64,000 nucleotides of DNA, taken from contig JALFDW010000039.1 of assembly GCA_022778545.1 (NCBI GenBank), positions 33,216 to 97,215 on the forward strand, in the 5' to 3' direction. The DNA comes from a bacterium (GTDB lineage Bacteria > Bacillota > Clostridia > Christensenellales > CAG-138). Positions within the stretch are counted from its first letter, which is position 1, and each line of letters starts with the position of its first letter. Both the position numbers and the translations under genes were made by a program. The notes under the pieces were generated by a model. That model saw nothing but the letters and a program-made list of their open reading frames with translations, made no database searches and was not told the DNA's origin. This document shows, piece after piece, positions 45,126 through 53,495 of the stretch.

Positions 45126-46763
45126 TCAGTTGCTGATCTGAGCTTCCACAAGCCTGCCATGGCAGTATTTCTGCCGCAGAACGGGCTTTTCGATCTTGCC
45201 GGTGGGGTTGCGCGGCACCTTATCGAAGATGACCTTCCGGGGGCGCTTGTACCGGGGCAGCTCCTTGCAGAACTCGTTGATCTCCTCCTCGGTGCAGGTG
45301 AGGACCTCCTTGAGTTCGATGATGGCCGCAGCGATCTCGCCAAGGCGCGGGTCGGGCAGGCCGATAACGGCCACATCCTTGATCTTGTCGAACTTGCGCA
45401 GGAAATCCTCGATCTGCACCGGATACAGGTTCTCGCCTCCGGAAATGACCACGTCCTTCTTGCGGTCCACGAGGTAGATGAAGCCGTCTTCATCCATCCG
45501 CGCCATGTCGCCTGTATAAAGCCAGCCATCCTTCAGGATCTCCGCAGTAGCCTCCGGATTTTTGTAGTAGCAGAGCATCACGCCGGGGCCGCGGACGGTC
45601 AGCTCGCCGATGTCGCCCTCGCGCACCTCACAGCCATTCTCATCCACGATTTTTGCTTCCCACTGGTAACCGGCTTTGCCGATCGCTCCCACCTTGTGGA
45701 TATTCTCCACGCCCAAATGGACGCAGCCGGGGCCGATGGATTCGCTGAGGCCATAGTTGGTGTCGTACTGATGGTGCGGAAAGATCTTCATCCACCGGTG
45801 GATCAGGCTCGGGGGCACCGGCTGGGCGCCGATGTGCATCAGCCGCCACTGATCCAGGAGGTAATTGTTGAGGTCCACCTTGCCTGCCTCAATGGCATCG
45901 AGCAGATCCTGGCACCAGGGAACAAGCAGCCACACGATGGTGCAGCGTTCCTCGGTGATAGCCCTGAGGATCCACTCCGGCTTCACGCCCCGCAGCAGAA
46001 CGGCCTTGCTCCCGGAAAGGAGGGAGCCGAACCAGTGCATCTTGGCGCCGGTGTGGTACAGCGGCGGGATGCACAGGAACACATCCTCACGGGTCTGCCC
46101 ATGGTGATGCTGCTCCGTCTCGCAGGAGGAGAACAGGGCGCGGTGATTGTGCAGGATCGCCTTCGGGAAGCCGGTGGTGCCGGAGGAAAAATAGATCGCG
46201 GCATAGTCCGTCTCCGCAAGCGCCACCGGCGGCGCGCTGGAGGAACAGAAGCTCATAAGCCGCATGCAGTCCTCCGTATAGCTCGGGCCGTCCGTGCCCA
46301 CGAAGAACATCATGCGCACCGAGGGCAGATCGCCGGCGATGACATCCATCCGGCTCACGAATTCCGGCCCGAACACCAGTACTTCCACATCCGCGAGCTC
46401 CAGGCAGTATTTGATCTCATCGCTGGAATAGCGGAAATTCATCGGCACGGCGATGCAGCCGGCCTTCAGGATTCCAAAGTAAATAGGCAGCCACTCAAGG
46501 CAGTTCATCATCAAAATGCCCACTTTTGTCTCCCGCTGCACGCCGCGGCTCAGCAGCAGGTTGGCGAAACGGTTGGCTCGGCGGTCAAAATCCGCCCAGG
46601 TCATCTCCCGGCGGTAGGGCGCGTTGGGCTGCGCGCTTTCGATGAGCTGCGCTTCACGCCAGGTAACAGCTCTGTCCCGTTCTTCGGACGGGTTGATCTC
46701 AACGAGGCTGACCTCACCCCCGTAGAGCCGGGCATTTCTTTCCAACAATTCCGTGATTACCAT
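45126..46763 (-). CDS. AMP-forming acyl-CoA synthetase (class I adenylate-forming enzyme)
   Basis: 545 aa from ATG 46763 (SD GGAGAAGGAG). YFSSGTTGFPKA and YTGDMARMDEDGFIYLVDRKKD motifs. Confidence 0.88.
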   Translation of the reverse strand: MVITELLERNARLYGGEVSLVEINPSEERDRAVTWREAQLIESAQPNAPYRREMTWADFDRRANRFANLLLSRGVQRETKVGILMMNCLEWLPIYFGILKAGCIAVPMNFRYSSDEIKYCLELADVEVLVFGPEFVSRMDVIAGDLPSVRMMFFVGTDGPSYTEDCMRLMSFCSSSAPPVALAETDYAAIYFSSGTTGFPKAILHNHRALFSSCETEQHHHGQTREDVFLCIPPLYHTGAKMHWFGSLLSGSKAVLLRGVKPEWILRAITEERCTIVWLLVPWCQDLLDAIEAGKVDLNNYLLDQWRLMHIGAQPVPPSLIHRWMKIFPHHQYDTNYGLSESIGPGCVHLGVENIHKVGAIGKAGYQWEAKIVDENGCEVREGDIGELTVRGPGVMLCYYKNPEATAEILKDGWLYTGDMARMDEDGFIYLVDRKKDVVISGGENLYPVQIEDFLRKFDKIKDVAVIGLPDPRLGEIAAAIIELKEVLTCTEEEINEFCKELPRYKRPRKVIFDKVPRNPTGKIEKPVLRQKYCHGRLVEAQISN

Positions 46764-46795
46764 TGTTTTCTCCTTCTCCTTTTCCTGTACGCGGA

Positions 46796-47049
46796 TAAAA
46801 AAAGTCCTCTGCAAAATGCAGAGGACGAGTTGACCCGTGGTACCACCTCAATTTGCTGCCAAAAGCAGCCTCAGCAGGATACTGACATATCCCCGCGCTG
46901 TAACGGGCGCTCCCGTCATTGCCTACTTCACAGTTCAGCATGCCGCTCCGAAAGGTATTCAGCGAAAGCGCGTCCACTGCCTCGCACCACCCGGCAGCTC
47001 TCTTGGGATGCTTTCTCCCGCCTACTTGGTTTCTTCAACGCATTTGAAT
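46796..47049 (-). promoter_or_regulatory. T-box riboswitch leader, specifier aligned to UAC (Tyr)
   Basis: Read on the minus strand. AGTA S-turn 47026-47023. AGAGAG bay 47003-46998. Distal loop GGGTGGTGCGA. GAA-TAC-C with TAC at 46957-46955. F-box CCGTTA 46906-46901. T-box AAATTGAGGTGGTACCACGGG 46854-46834. Terminator GTCCTCTGCA-TTT-TGCAGAGGAC plus T7 at 46826-46796. Confidence 0.85.
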
Positions 47050-47059
47050 AATTTCGTAC

Positions 47060-47089
47060 ATATTACCACCCTGTTTCCGCCGGTGTCAA
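47060..47089 (-). promoter_or_regulatory. Promoter of the T-box operon
   Basis: Minus strand: TTGACA (47089-47084), 18-nt spacer, extended -10 TGgTAATAT (47068-47060). Confidence 0.6.
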
Positions 47090-47256
47090 CCTTTTTCTTT
47101 TATAATTGAGCAAGTTTTGCGGAAGGCCGTCCTTTGCCTCCCGGTGCCGGATCCGGCCATTCCATGATACCGGTTTTCTCCACAGAAATACACCAAGTTT
47201 TGGTTTCTATTTTGAGCCTGTGCGCAACCTGAAGTAGCAGACTGAGGCTGCCTGCC

Positions 47257-47892
47257 CTATACTTCCGCCTTCACCTGTTCTAGCCCGATGAGCGACGCCA
47301 TGCGGTAATACGCCTTGGCTGTTTCTTCCACATGGACGGCCATGCGGAACGCATCGTCCACATCCCGGGGCGAAACGGCGATCATACCATGCCGTTCCAG
47401 TACAGCGGCAAGACCGCTCTCTCCCAGCGTTTTCACGATGCTTTCCGCAAGCGCCTCCGTGCCCGGCGGCGCATACGGCGCAAGCGGGCAGCGCCCGCCG
47501 TAAAGCAGCGCCTCCGTTGTAACGGGCAGGATCTCCCGGCCAAGCGCGGCAAACACCGTAGCATACGGCGCATGCGTGTGGCAGATGCCGGAAACATCCG
47601 GCCGGGCCCGGTAGACCGCCAGGTGAAACGCCGCCTCGGAGGTCGGTTCCACGCCTGCCGGCGCATCGAGCACCTGCCCCGCAAGGTCCATCAGCACGAT
47701 CTCACGCCAGGTTTTTGCCACGCGGTCGGAATCATGCGGCGTCATGGCGACAATGCCTGCCGCCCGGTCGATCATGCTGCAGTTTCCCGTTCCGCCCGTG
47801 CAAAGCCCGGCTGCTTTTGCCGCGCGCGCCGCGAGAAGCACAGCCTCTCGCATGGTTTTGTGGAGATCCACGCCTCGTTCTCCCTTCGGCAC
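47257..47892 (-). CDS. Class II aldolase/adducin family protein
   Basis: 211 aa. Zinc His motif ICHTHAPYAT. Confidence 0.8.
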   Translation of the reverse strand: MPKGERGVDLHKTMREAVLLAARAAKAAGLCTGGTGNCSMIDRAAGIVAMTPHDSDRVAKTWREIVLMDLAGQVLDAPAGVEPTSEAAFHLAVYRARPDVSGICHTHAPYATVFAALGREILPVTTEALLYGGRCPLAPYAPPGTEALAESIVKTLGESGLAAVLERHGMIAVSPRDVDDAFRMAVHVEETAKAYYRMASLIGLEQVKAEV

Positions 47893-47897
47893 AATTC

Positions 47898-48956
47898 TTA
47901 ATAAAACAGGGTAGCCACGTCGTAAAGGTCTTTGCCGACCTTCTTGCGTTCCGTTACCGCGCGGTCAAGGTCCGCCACGGCGATCTCCGTACCGCGCAGG
48001 GAAACCATGTTGCCGTATTCCCCGCTCACCACAAGGTCGCCCGCCTTCACGCCCATACGCGTGCCAAGCATGCGGTCGAATGCGCTCGGCGCGCCGCCGC
48101 GCTGCAGATGTCCGAGCACCACGGAACGCGCTTCAAAATGCGCCCGGCGCTTATCCAGCGTTTCATCACTGCGGATGGCCTTTTCAATGCGGTCCGCCAA
48201 GTGGCGCGCAAGCTCGCGGTGCAGCAGCAGGACGTTGCCGAACATATCGCGCTCAAGATCCTCCACCTTCTCGCCCGTAAACTCAAACCCTTCCGCCACG
48301 GCGATGATGGTATAGCGCTCACCGCGCAGATACCGGTCGCGCACCAGCTTATAAATCTCGTCAAAGGACATCGGGAATTCCGGGATCAGCACCAGGTGCG
48401 CATTGGCTGCAACGCCTGCCTGCAGGGTGATCCATCCCGTATGCCTGCCCATGCACTCCACAACGAAGCAGCGCTCGTGGGATTCCGCCGTGGTGTGCAG
48501 GCGGTCGATCTCCTCCATGGCGATGTTGGAGGCCGTATCAAAGCCGAACGTCCAGTCTGTGCAGGAAAGGTCGTTATCGATTGTTTTCGGCACGCCGATC
48601 ATGTTCATGCCGAGCTTACGCAGCGTGTTCGCCACGCCGAGGGTATCGTCCCCGCCGACGGCAACAAGCCCTTCGAGCCCCAGCCGCTCCATCGCGCTGC
48701 GCACGATCTCCGGGCCGTTCTCAAACTTCATCACATTGGTGCGGGAGCTGCCAAGGATGGTGCCGCCCAAAGTCTGGATGCCTTCCACATCCGCGCGGGT
48801 CAGCCAGCGGCCTTCCTCTTCCAACACGCCGCGCCAGCCGGCATAAAAGCCAAATACTTCGATGCCCTCCTGCAGGCAACGCGCAACAACGCCGCGGATC
48901 ACCGCGTTCAGGCCGGGGCAGTCTCCGCCGCCCGTAAGGATTCCGATTTTTCTCAT
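47898..48956 (-). CDS. pfp: 6-phosphofructokinase, PPi-dependent type by signature residues
   Basis: 352 aa from ATG 48956 (SD GAAGGAGA). GGGDCPGLN. GGDDT (Asp at the E. coli Gly104 position). PKTIDNDL (Lys at the Gly124 position). Confidence 0.8.
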   Translation of the reverse strand: MRKIGILTGGGDCPGLNAVIRGVVARCLQEGIEVFGFYAGWRGVLEEEGRWLTRADVEGIQTLGGTILGSSRTNVMKFENGPEIVRSAMERLGLEGLVAVGGDDTLGVANTLRKLGMNMIGVPKTIDNDLSCTDWTFGFDTASNIAMEEIDRLHTTAESHERCFVVECMGRHTGWITLQAGVAANAHLVLIPEFPMSFDEIYKLVRDRYLRGERYTIIAVAEGFEFTGEKVEDLERDMFGNVLLLHRELARHLADRIEKAIRSDETLDKRRAHFEARSVVLGHLQRGGAPSAFDRMLGTRMGVKAGDLVVSGEYGNMVSLRGTEIAVADLDRAVTERKKVGKDLYDVATLFY

Positions 48957-49015
48957 AGGGTTTCTCCTTCGCAATATTTTATAAAACAAAACTCGTGTTT
49001 TACATTCTCTTTGGC

Positions 49016-49693
49016 TTATTCGATGATTCCCCGCTCGCACAGCGCCCGGAGCACAGCTGCGCCGATCGTTTCCACAGACAGGAGGCCGTCCTCCGCCATG
49101 CAGGGGATCACGGCAATATCGTTGTACCGCGCGGCATAGGCCAGGTACTGCGCCATCGCACGGGATTGAATGTCATGGGAGGATTCGTAAACATCGCGCC
49201 CTGTACCAACATAATCCCGGTAGCCCTTTTTGCCCACGTTTGCTTCAGCCGCCGCAGGCGCGACGGAAAAAACAAGGTTTACATCCGGCCTTGGCAGCCC
49301 CAAATGGTTATATTCCAGATCGAACACCCAGTCCGCAATGTCCGGCTTGCCAAGGTCGATATCCCGGATGCTTTGATAGACCGCGTTGGAGAGCACATAG
49401 CGGTTGAGGATGAGGATATCCGCCGCACCGTCCCGATAATCGCGGAAGCTTTCCATGCGGTCGAGCGCAAACCAGAGCGCCATGCTCTTGCCGTCCACCT
49501 CGTCCGCCCGGGTGCCCTCCGCGCCGGAAAGCAGCTTGCCGATCTCCCGCCCGAAAAAGCTCTCATATGCCGGGAAGTCACGCGTTTCGACCGTATAGCC
49601 GCGCGCAAGCAGCGCGTCGCGCAGCAGGCGATACTGCACGCCCTTGCCGCTGCCGTCGATTCCTTCGATTGCGATGATCCTGGTTTTTTTCAT
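49016..49693 (-). CDS. tmk: dTMP kinase family protein
   Basis: 225 aa. P-loop IEGIDGSGKG. Confidence 0.7.
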   Translation of the reverse strand: MKKTRIIAIEGIDGSGKGVQYRLLRDALLARGYTVETRDFPAYESFFGREIGKLLSGAEGTRADEVDGKSMALWFALDRMESFRDYRDGAADILILNRYVLSNAVYQSIRDIDLGKPDIADWVFDLEYNHLGLPRPDVNLVFSVAPAAAEANVGKKGYRDYVGTGRDVYESSHDIQSRAMAQYLAYAARYNDIAVIPCMAEDGLLSVETIGAAVLRALCERGIIE

Positions 49694-49785
49694 TCAAATA
49701 TGCACCTTTTTTAGGAATGATAATATCGTACCACAAAATCCGCACATGCAAAATTCATTTTTTCTTATCGGAACGAATTTCGCCA

Positions 49786-49817
49786 TTGACAAACAATATT
49801 ATACAAAATATAATATT
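49786..49817 (+). promoter_or_regulatory. padR promoter with a 9-bp perfect inverted repeat over the -10 box
   Basis: TTGACA (49786-49791), 17-nt spacer, TATAAT (49809-49814). Inverted repeat AATATTATA-CAAAA-TATAATATT (49795-49817). Confidence 0.55.
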
Positions 49818-49840
49818 GTCCAGGAAAGGAGTGATGCGCA

Positions 49841-50161
49841 TTGACGTTTCAATTGGGTTCCGCCCTGCTCGATGCCTGTGTGCTCGCCGTCCTCAGCCGG
49901 ACGGACGCTTACGGCTACATGCTCACACAGAGCGTCAAGGAAGTGGTGGAGATCAGCGAATCCACGCTCTACCCCGTTTTGCGGCGCCTGCAAAAAGAAG
50001 GCTGGCTCACGACCTACGATCAGCCCTGCTCCGGCAGGCTCAGGCGGTATTATGCCATCACCGATACCGGGCGCACGGCACTCGCGCATTACCGCACGGA
50101 ATGGGATATTTACAAAAAACAGGTTGAAAGCATGTTGTTTGGAGGATACAATGAAGAATAA
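49841..50161 (+). CDS. PadR family transcriptional regulator
   Basis: 106 aa. YGYML...STLYPVLRRLQKEGWL...RRYYAITDTG. TTG start with AAAGGAG 9 nt upstream. Confidence 0.88.
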   Translation: MTFQLGSALLDACVLAVLSRTDAYGYMLTQSVKEVVEISESTLYPVLRRLQKEGWLTTYDQPCSGRLRRYYAITDTGRTALAHYRTEWDIYKKQVESMLFGGYNEE

Positions 50162-50300
50162 CAGAATACCGTTTAACCGGCGGCAGGAAAGCCGCAGCCC
50201 CGAATTGACGCATGATGAGGCAAAGTTCCGCTCAGAAAACCCGGCATATATTGCACTACTCTATTATGACTATGCCCAGGCGCTCAGGAGGTGGAACTGA
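50151..50300 (+). CDS. Candidate 49-aa small protein, translationally coupled between padR and the DUF1700 gene
   Basis: ATG 50151 is preceded by GGAGGA. Its stop TGA overlaps the next ATG (TGATG at 50298-50302). No recognisable family. Confidence 0.3.
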   Translation: MKNNRIPFNRRQESRSPELTHDEAKFRSENPAYIALLYYDYAQALRRWN

Positions 50301-51256
50301 TGACGCGAACAGAATTTATGCGCGCCCTGACCCGCGCCCTGTATGCGTTCCCGCTTGCAGGCGGGAAGTACCTCCCCGAAGCGGAGTGCGCTTCCGCGCT
50401 GCGCTACTATGAAGAATATCTGGATGATGCAGGCATCGCGCCGGAAGATCCCGTGCCCGCCGAGCTCAACGACCCGGAAGCTCTCGCGCGGGAGATCATC
50501 GCCGAAGCGTGCGAGGATGCGCCGAAAGCCTCTGCCGCTGCTGCCGCACCGGCGGATCCATCCGCATGGCCGGAATTCCGTTCCGTGCAGATCGACGTTG
50601 TCAACGCCGCCGTGACGTTCCTTGCCGGCAGCAGCTACCATGTGCAGATCGAGTATCCGGACGATGCGCCTGTGCCAAACGTGGAGATGCGCGGGCAGAC
50701 GCTCTGCATCGAAGACCAGAAGCGGCCGCAGAGATTCCGCCTTTTCTCCTTCCGCAGCTGGAAGGGCGGGCAGATCCGCATCACGGTTCCTGCCGAAAAA
50801 GCCGTTTCCTTCGAGTCGTTCCACATCGAGACCGTCAACGGCGCCATCACGCTGCCTGCGCTCGCAGTCGAAGATGTGCATTGTGAGACCGTCAACGGCG
50901 GGATCACCCTCACCGGCCTGACCGCGGACCGCCTGCACTGCGAGACCGTCAACGGCGGGATCAGCCTTGCTTCCTGCTATGCGCATCAGCGCATGCACTG
51001 CGAAAGCGTGAACGGCGGCGTAGCGTTCGATGGCGAACTGCGCGGCAAAACGCATGCCGAGACCGTGAACGGCAGCATCCGCATTGCCACGGCGCTGCCC
51101 ATTACCGCCTATGACCTCGATCTTCGGACCGTTTCCGGCGGCGTATATCTCGATGGTGAAAAGCACCGCAAGGAAGTACGCATTTCGAACAGCGCGGAAA
51201 ACTCCGTGCGGGCCGAAACGGTGAACGGCGCCATCAAGCTTGAATTCTGCAAATAA
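50300..51256 (+). CDS. DUF1700 (PadR-associated) N-domain fused to a DUF4097 beta-helix repeat domain
   Basis: N-terminus MTRTEFMRALTRAL...ALRYYEEYLDDAG is DUF1700-like. Repeated ETVNGGI(T/S)L units are DUF4097-like. Confidence 0.75.
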   Translation: MTRTEFMRALTRALYAFPLAGGKYLPEAECASALRYYEEYLDDAGIAPEDPVPAELNDPEALAREIIAEACEDAPKASAAAAAPADPSAWPEFRSVQIDVVNAAVTFLAGSSYHVQIEYPDDAPVPNVEMRGQTLCIEDQKRPQRFRLFSFRSWKGGQIRITVPAEKAVSFESFHIETVNGAITLPALAVEDVHCETVNGGITLTGLTADRLHCETVNGGISLASCYAHQRMHCESVNGGVAFDGELRGKTHAETVNGSIRIATALPITAYDLDLRTVSGGVYLDGEKHRKEVRISNSAENSVRAETVNGAIKLEFCK

Positions 51257-51283
51257 TCAATCTCACGGGAGGATTTCCGTTTT

Positions 51284-52513
51284 ATGGAACGGCAGCCCCT
51301 TTGGACGCGCAATTTCACGATCCTGACCTTAGGCACGGTCATCTCGATGCTCGGCAACGCCATCTCCGGCTTTGCCCTGAGCCTCCTGATCCTTGATTAC
51401 ACGGGTTCCACACTGCTTTATGCCATTTTCATGGTGGTATACAATCTGCCCAAGATCATCATGCCCTCCATCGCAGGGCCATACCTGGATCGTTTTTCCC
51501 GCACGAAGGTCATCTGGAGCCTGGATTATCTCTCGGCAGGGCTATACCTCATCATATTCTTCCTGCTGCAGGGCGGGGTGTTCAATTACGCGCTGCTGCT
51601 CTTCCTCTGCATCATCATCGGCACGATCGACAGCGTATACCTTGTGGCCTACGACAGCCTCTACCCCATGCTCATCAGCGAAGGAAACTATGCAAAGGCT
51701 TATTCCATCTCCAGCATGATTTACCCGCTTTCGGCGCTGATGGTGCCTGTCGCCTCCTGGTGCTATGAACATGTTGGCCTCACGCCGCTGTTCCTGTTCA
51801 ACGCGGCCACGTTTGCGATCGCCGCCACGTTTGAAACGCAGATCCGCCTGAAGGAGACGCAGGTTTCTTCCACCCAGGAACGGTATTCCCTTTCCCGCTA
51901 CAGGGATGATTTCAAGCAGGGCATCTCGTATCTCAAGCAGGAAAAGGGTCTTCTTGTCATCACGGCGTATTTCGTGGTTTCCACGATGGTGGGCAACGGC
52001 GTCAGCACGCTGATCCTCCCCTACTTCAAATCCCAGGAAAGCCTCGGCGTAATGACCTACACCTGGGTAATGGGCTGCTCCGTGTTTGGCCGGCTCGTAG
52101 GCGGCATCGTACATTACCGGTTCCGCTACCCCACGGCAAAGAAGTTTGCCATTGCGTTTTTCGTTTACATCATGTCCGCGCTGATCGACGCAAGCTATCT
52201 GTTTACGCCGGTGCTGCTCATGATGCTCCTGCAGTTCATCAGCGGCCTTATCTGCGTCACGAGTTTCAACATCCGCATCTCCTCCACGCAGAACTATGTG
52301 CCCAACGAAATGCGCGGCCGCTTCAACGGCACCTTCCAGATGCTGACCACCGCCGGCGCGATCTTCGGCCAGCTGCTTGCGGGTGCCCTTGGCGACATCC
52401 TGCCCATCCGGCCTATCGTGGTCGTGATGAATGCAGTTTCCATCACGGCGGCGATCCTCATCATGTACCGCGGGCGCAACCATGTAAAGCCCATCTACAA
52501 TGTGGACATCTGA
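51284..52513 (+). CDS. MFS transporter
   Basis: 409 aa, 12 predicted TM helices. PYLDRFSRTK loop motif between TM2 and TM3. Confidence 0.85.
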   Translation: MERQPLWTRNFTILTLGTVISMLGNAISGFALSLLILDYTGSTLLYAIFMVVYNLPKIIMPSIAGPYLDRFSRTKVIWSLDYLSAGLYLIIFFLLQGGVFNYALLLFLCIIIGTIDSVYLVAYDSLYPMLISEGNYAKAYSISSMIYPLSALMVPVASWCYEHVGLTPLFLFNAATFAIAATFETQIRLKETQVSSTQERYSLSRYRDDFKQGISYLKQEKGLLVITAYFVVSTMVGNGVSTLILPYFKSQESLGVMTYTWVMGCSVFGRLVGGIVHYRFRYPTAKKFAIAFFVYIMSALIDASYLFTPVLLMMLLQFISGLICVTSFNIRISSTQNYVPNEMRGRFNGTFQMLTTAGAIFGQLLAGALGDILPIRPIVVVMNAVSITAAILIMYRGRNHVKPIYNVDI

Positions 52514-52545
52514 GTTTTATATTTAAGTTTATAGTTAAGACAGAT

Positions 52546-52584
52546 AAAGGCCATACGCTGAAAAAGCGCATGGCCTTTATTTCT
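52546..52584. terminator. Bidirectional terminator
   Basis: AAAGGCCATACGC-TGAAAAA-GCGCATGGCCTTT followed by ATTT. Confidence 0.75.
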
Positions 52585-52601
52585 GCTGTTTTATTGCTTG
52601 T

Positions 52602-53495
52602 TTATAACTCCATCTGCCGCAGCGCGCTCTTCTCCCGCTGATGCGTATAAATCACCTCGATCAGGACGCCAGCCGTGATGATGAGAAAGCCGATGAAGCC
52701 GATCGTATCCGGGTACTGGTGCAAAAAGATCGCAACCCACAACGGGCCGAGCACCATCTCAAGCGGCGTGATCATCGACGCGCGCGTACCGCTGATCCTC
52801 CGCAGGCACAGGTTATAGCAAACATAACCGCCGCCAAACTGGAACACGCCGAGGATCAGGAGGATGACCCACTCGGAAGCGTTCAGCGTCAGGAGCGCGC
52901 CGAGCTTGCCCTGCACAGCGCAGAGGGTAAGGAGCACCGCCGCCATAAAAATGTTGTTCAGGCTCACGATGCCAAGCGGGTTCCCGCCGCCCACGTTCTG
53001 CATGGAGAACGTCAGGAGCGCAAACCAGACGCCCGATGAAAGGGCGATGACATTCCCGAGGAACGTCACCTCGCCCGAGCGGGAGCACATGGAGACCACC
53101 ACACCCACCATCAGCACACCAAGCGGGATCAGGCGGTTTCTCGAAACCGCCTCACCTTTCAGCCAGGCGATCAGGTAAAGCCAGACGGGAGCGGTGTACT
53201 GCATACCCACGGCGATGGCTGCGCTGGTCTTTTGCAGCGCAATCACGATGAACAGGCTTTGCAGCGTAAAGAACACCATCATCGCAAGCATCGGCCAGCC
53301 CCACTTGATCTTTTTCGGCCGGAGAAAGGGCAGGAGCACCACGCCTGCGATCAACGCACGCATGCCTGCCACAAGCGTTGCATCCATGGAAAGGCTCTTG
53401 ATGAGCGGCGCATTGGTGCTCCAGAGCAAAGCCGCCATCAGCGCAAGCAGCATTCCCTCCGTTTGGCTATTCCGCTTCTTCTGCATCATTTCCAT
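52602..53495 (-). CDS. EamA/DMT family transporter
   Basis: 297 aa from ATG 53495 (SD GGAGGA). About 10 TM helices. The start overlaps the hflX 3' end by 29 nt. Confidence 0.85.
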   Translation of the reverse strand: MEMMQKKRNSQTEGMLLALMAALLWSTNAPLIKSLSMDATLVAGMRALIAGVVLLPFLRPKKIKWGWPMLAMMVFFTLQSLFIVIALQKTSAAIAVGMQYTAPVWLYLIAWLKGEAVSRNRLIPLGVLMVGVVVSMCSRSGEVTFLGNVIALSSGVWFALLTFSMQNVGGGNPLGIVSLNNIFMAAVLLTLCAVQGKLGALLTLNASEWVILLILGVFQFGGGYVCYNLCLRRISGTRASMITPLEMVLGPLWVAIFLHQYPDTIGFIGFLIITAGVLIEVIYTHQREKSALRQMEL

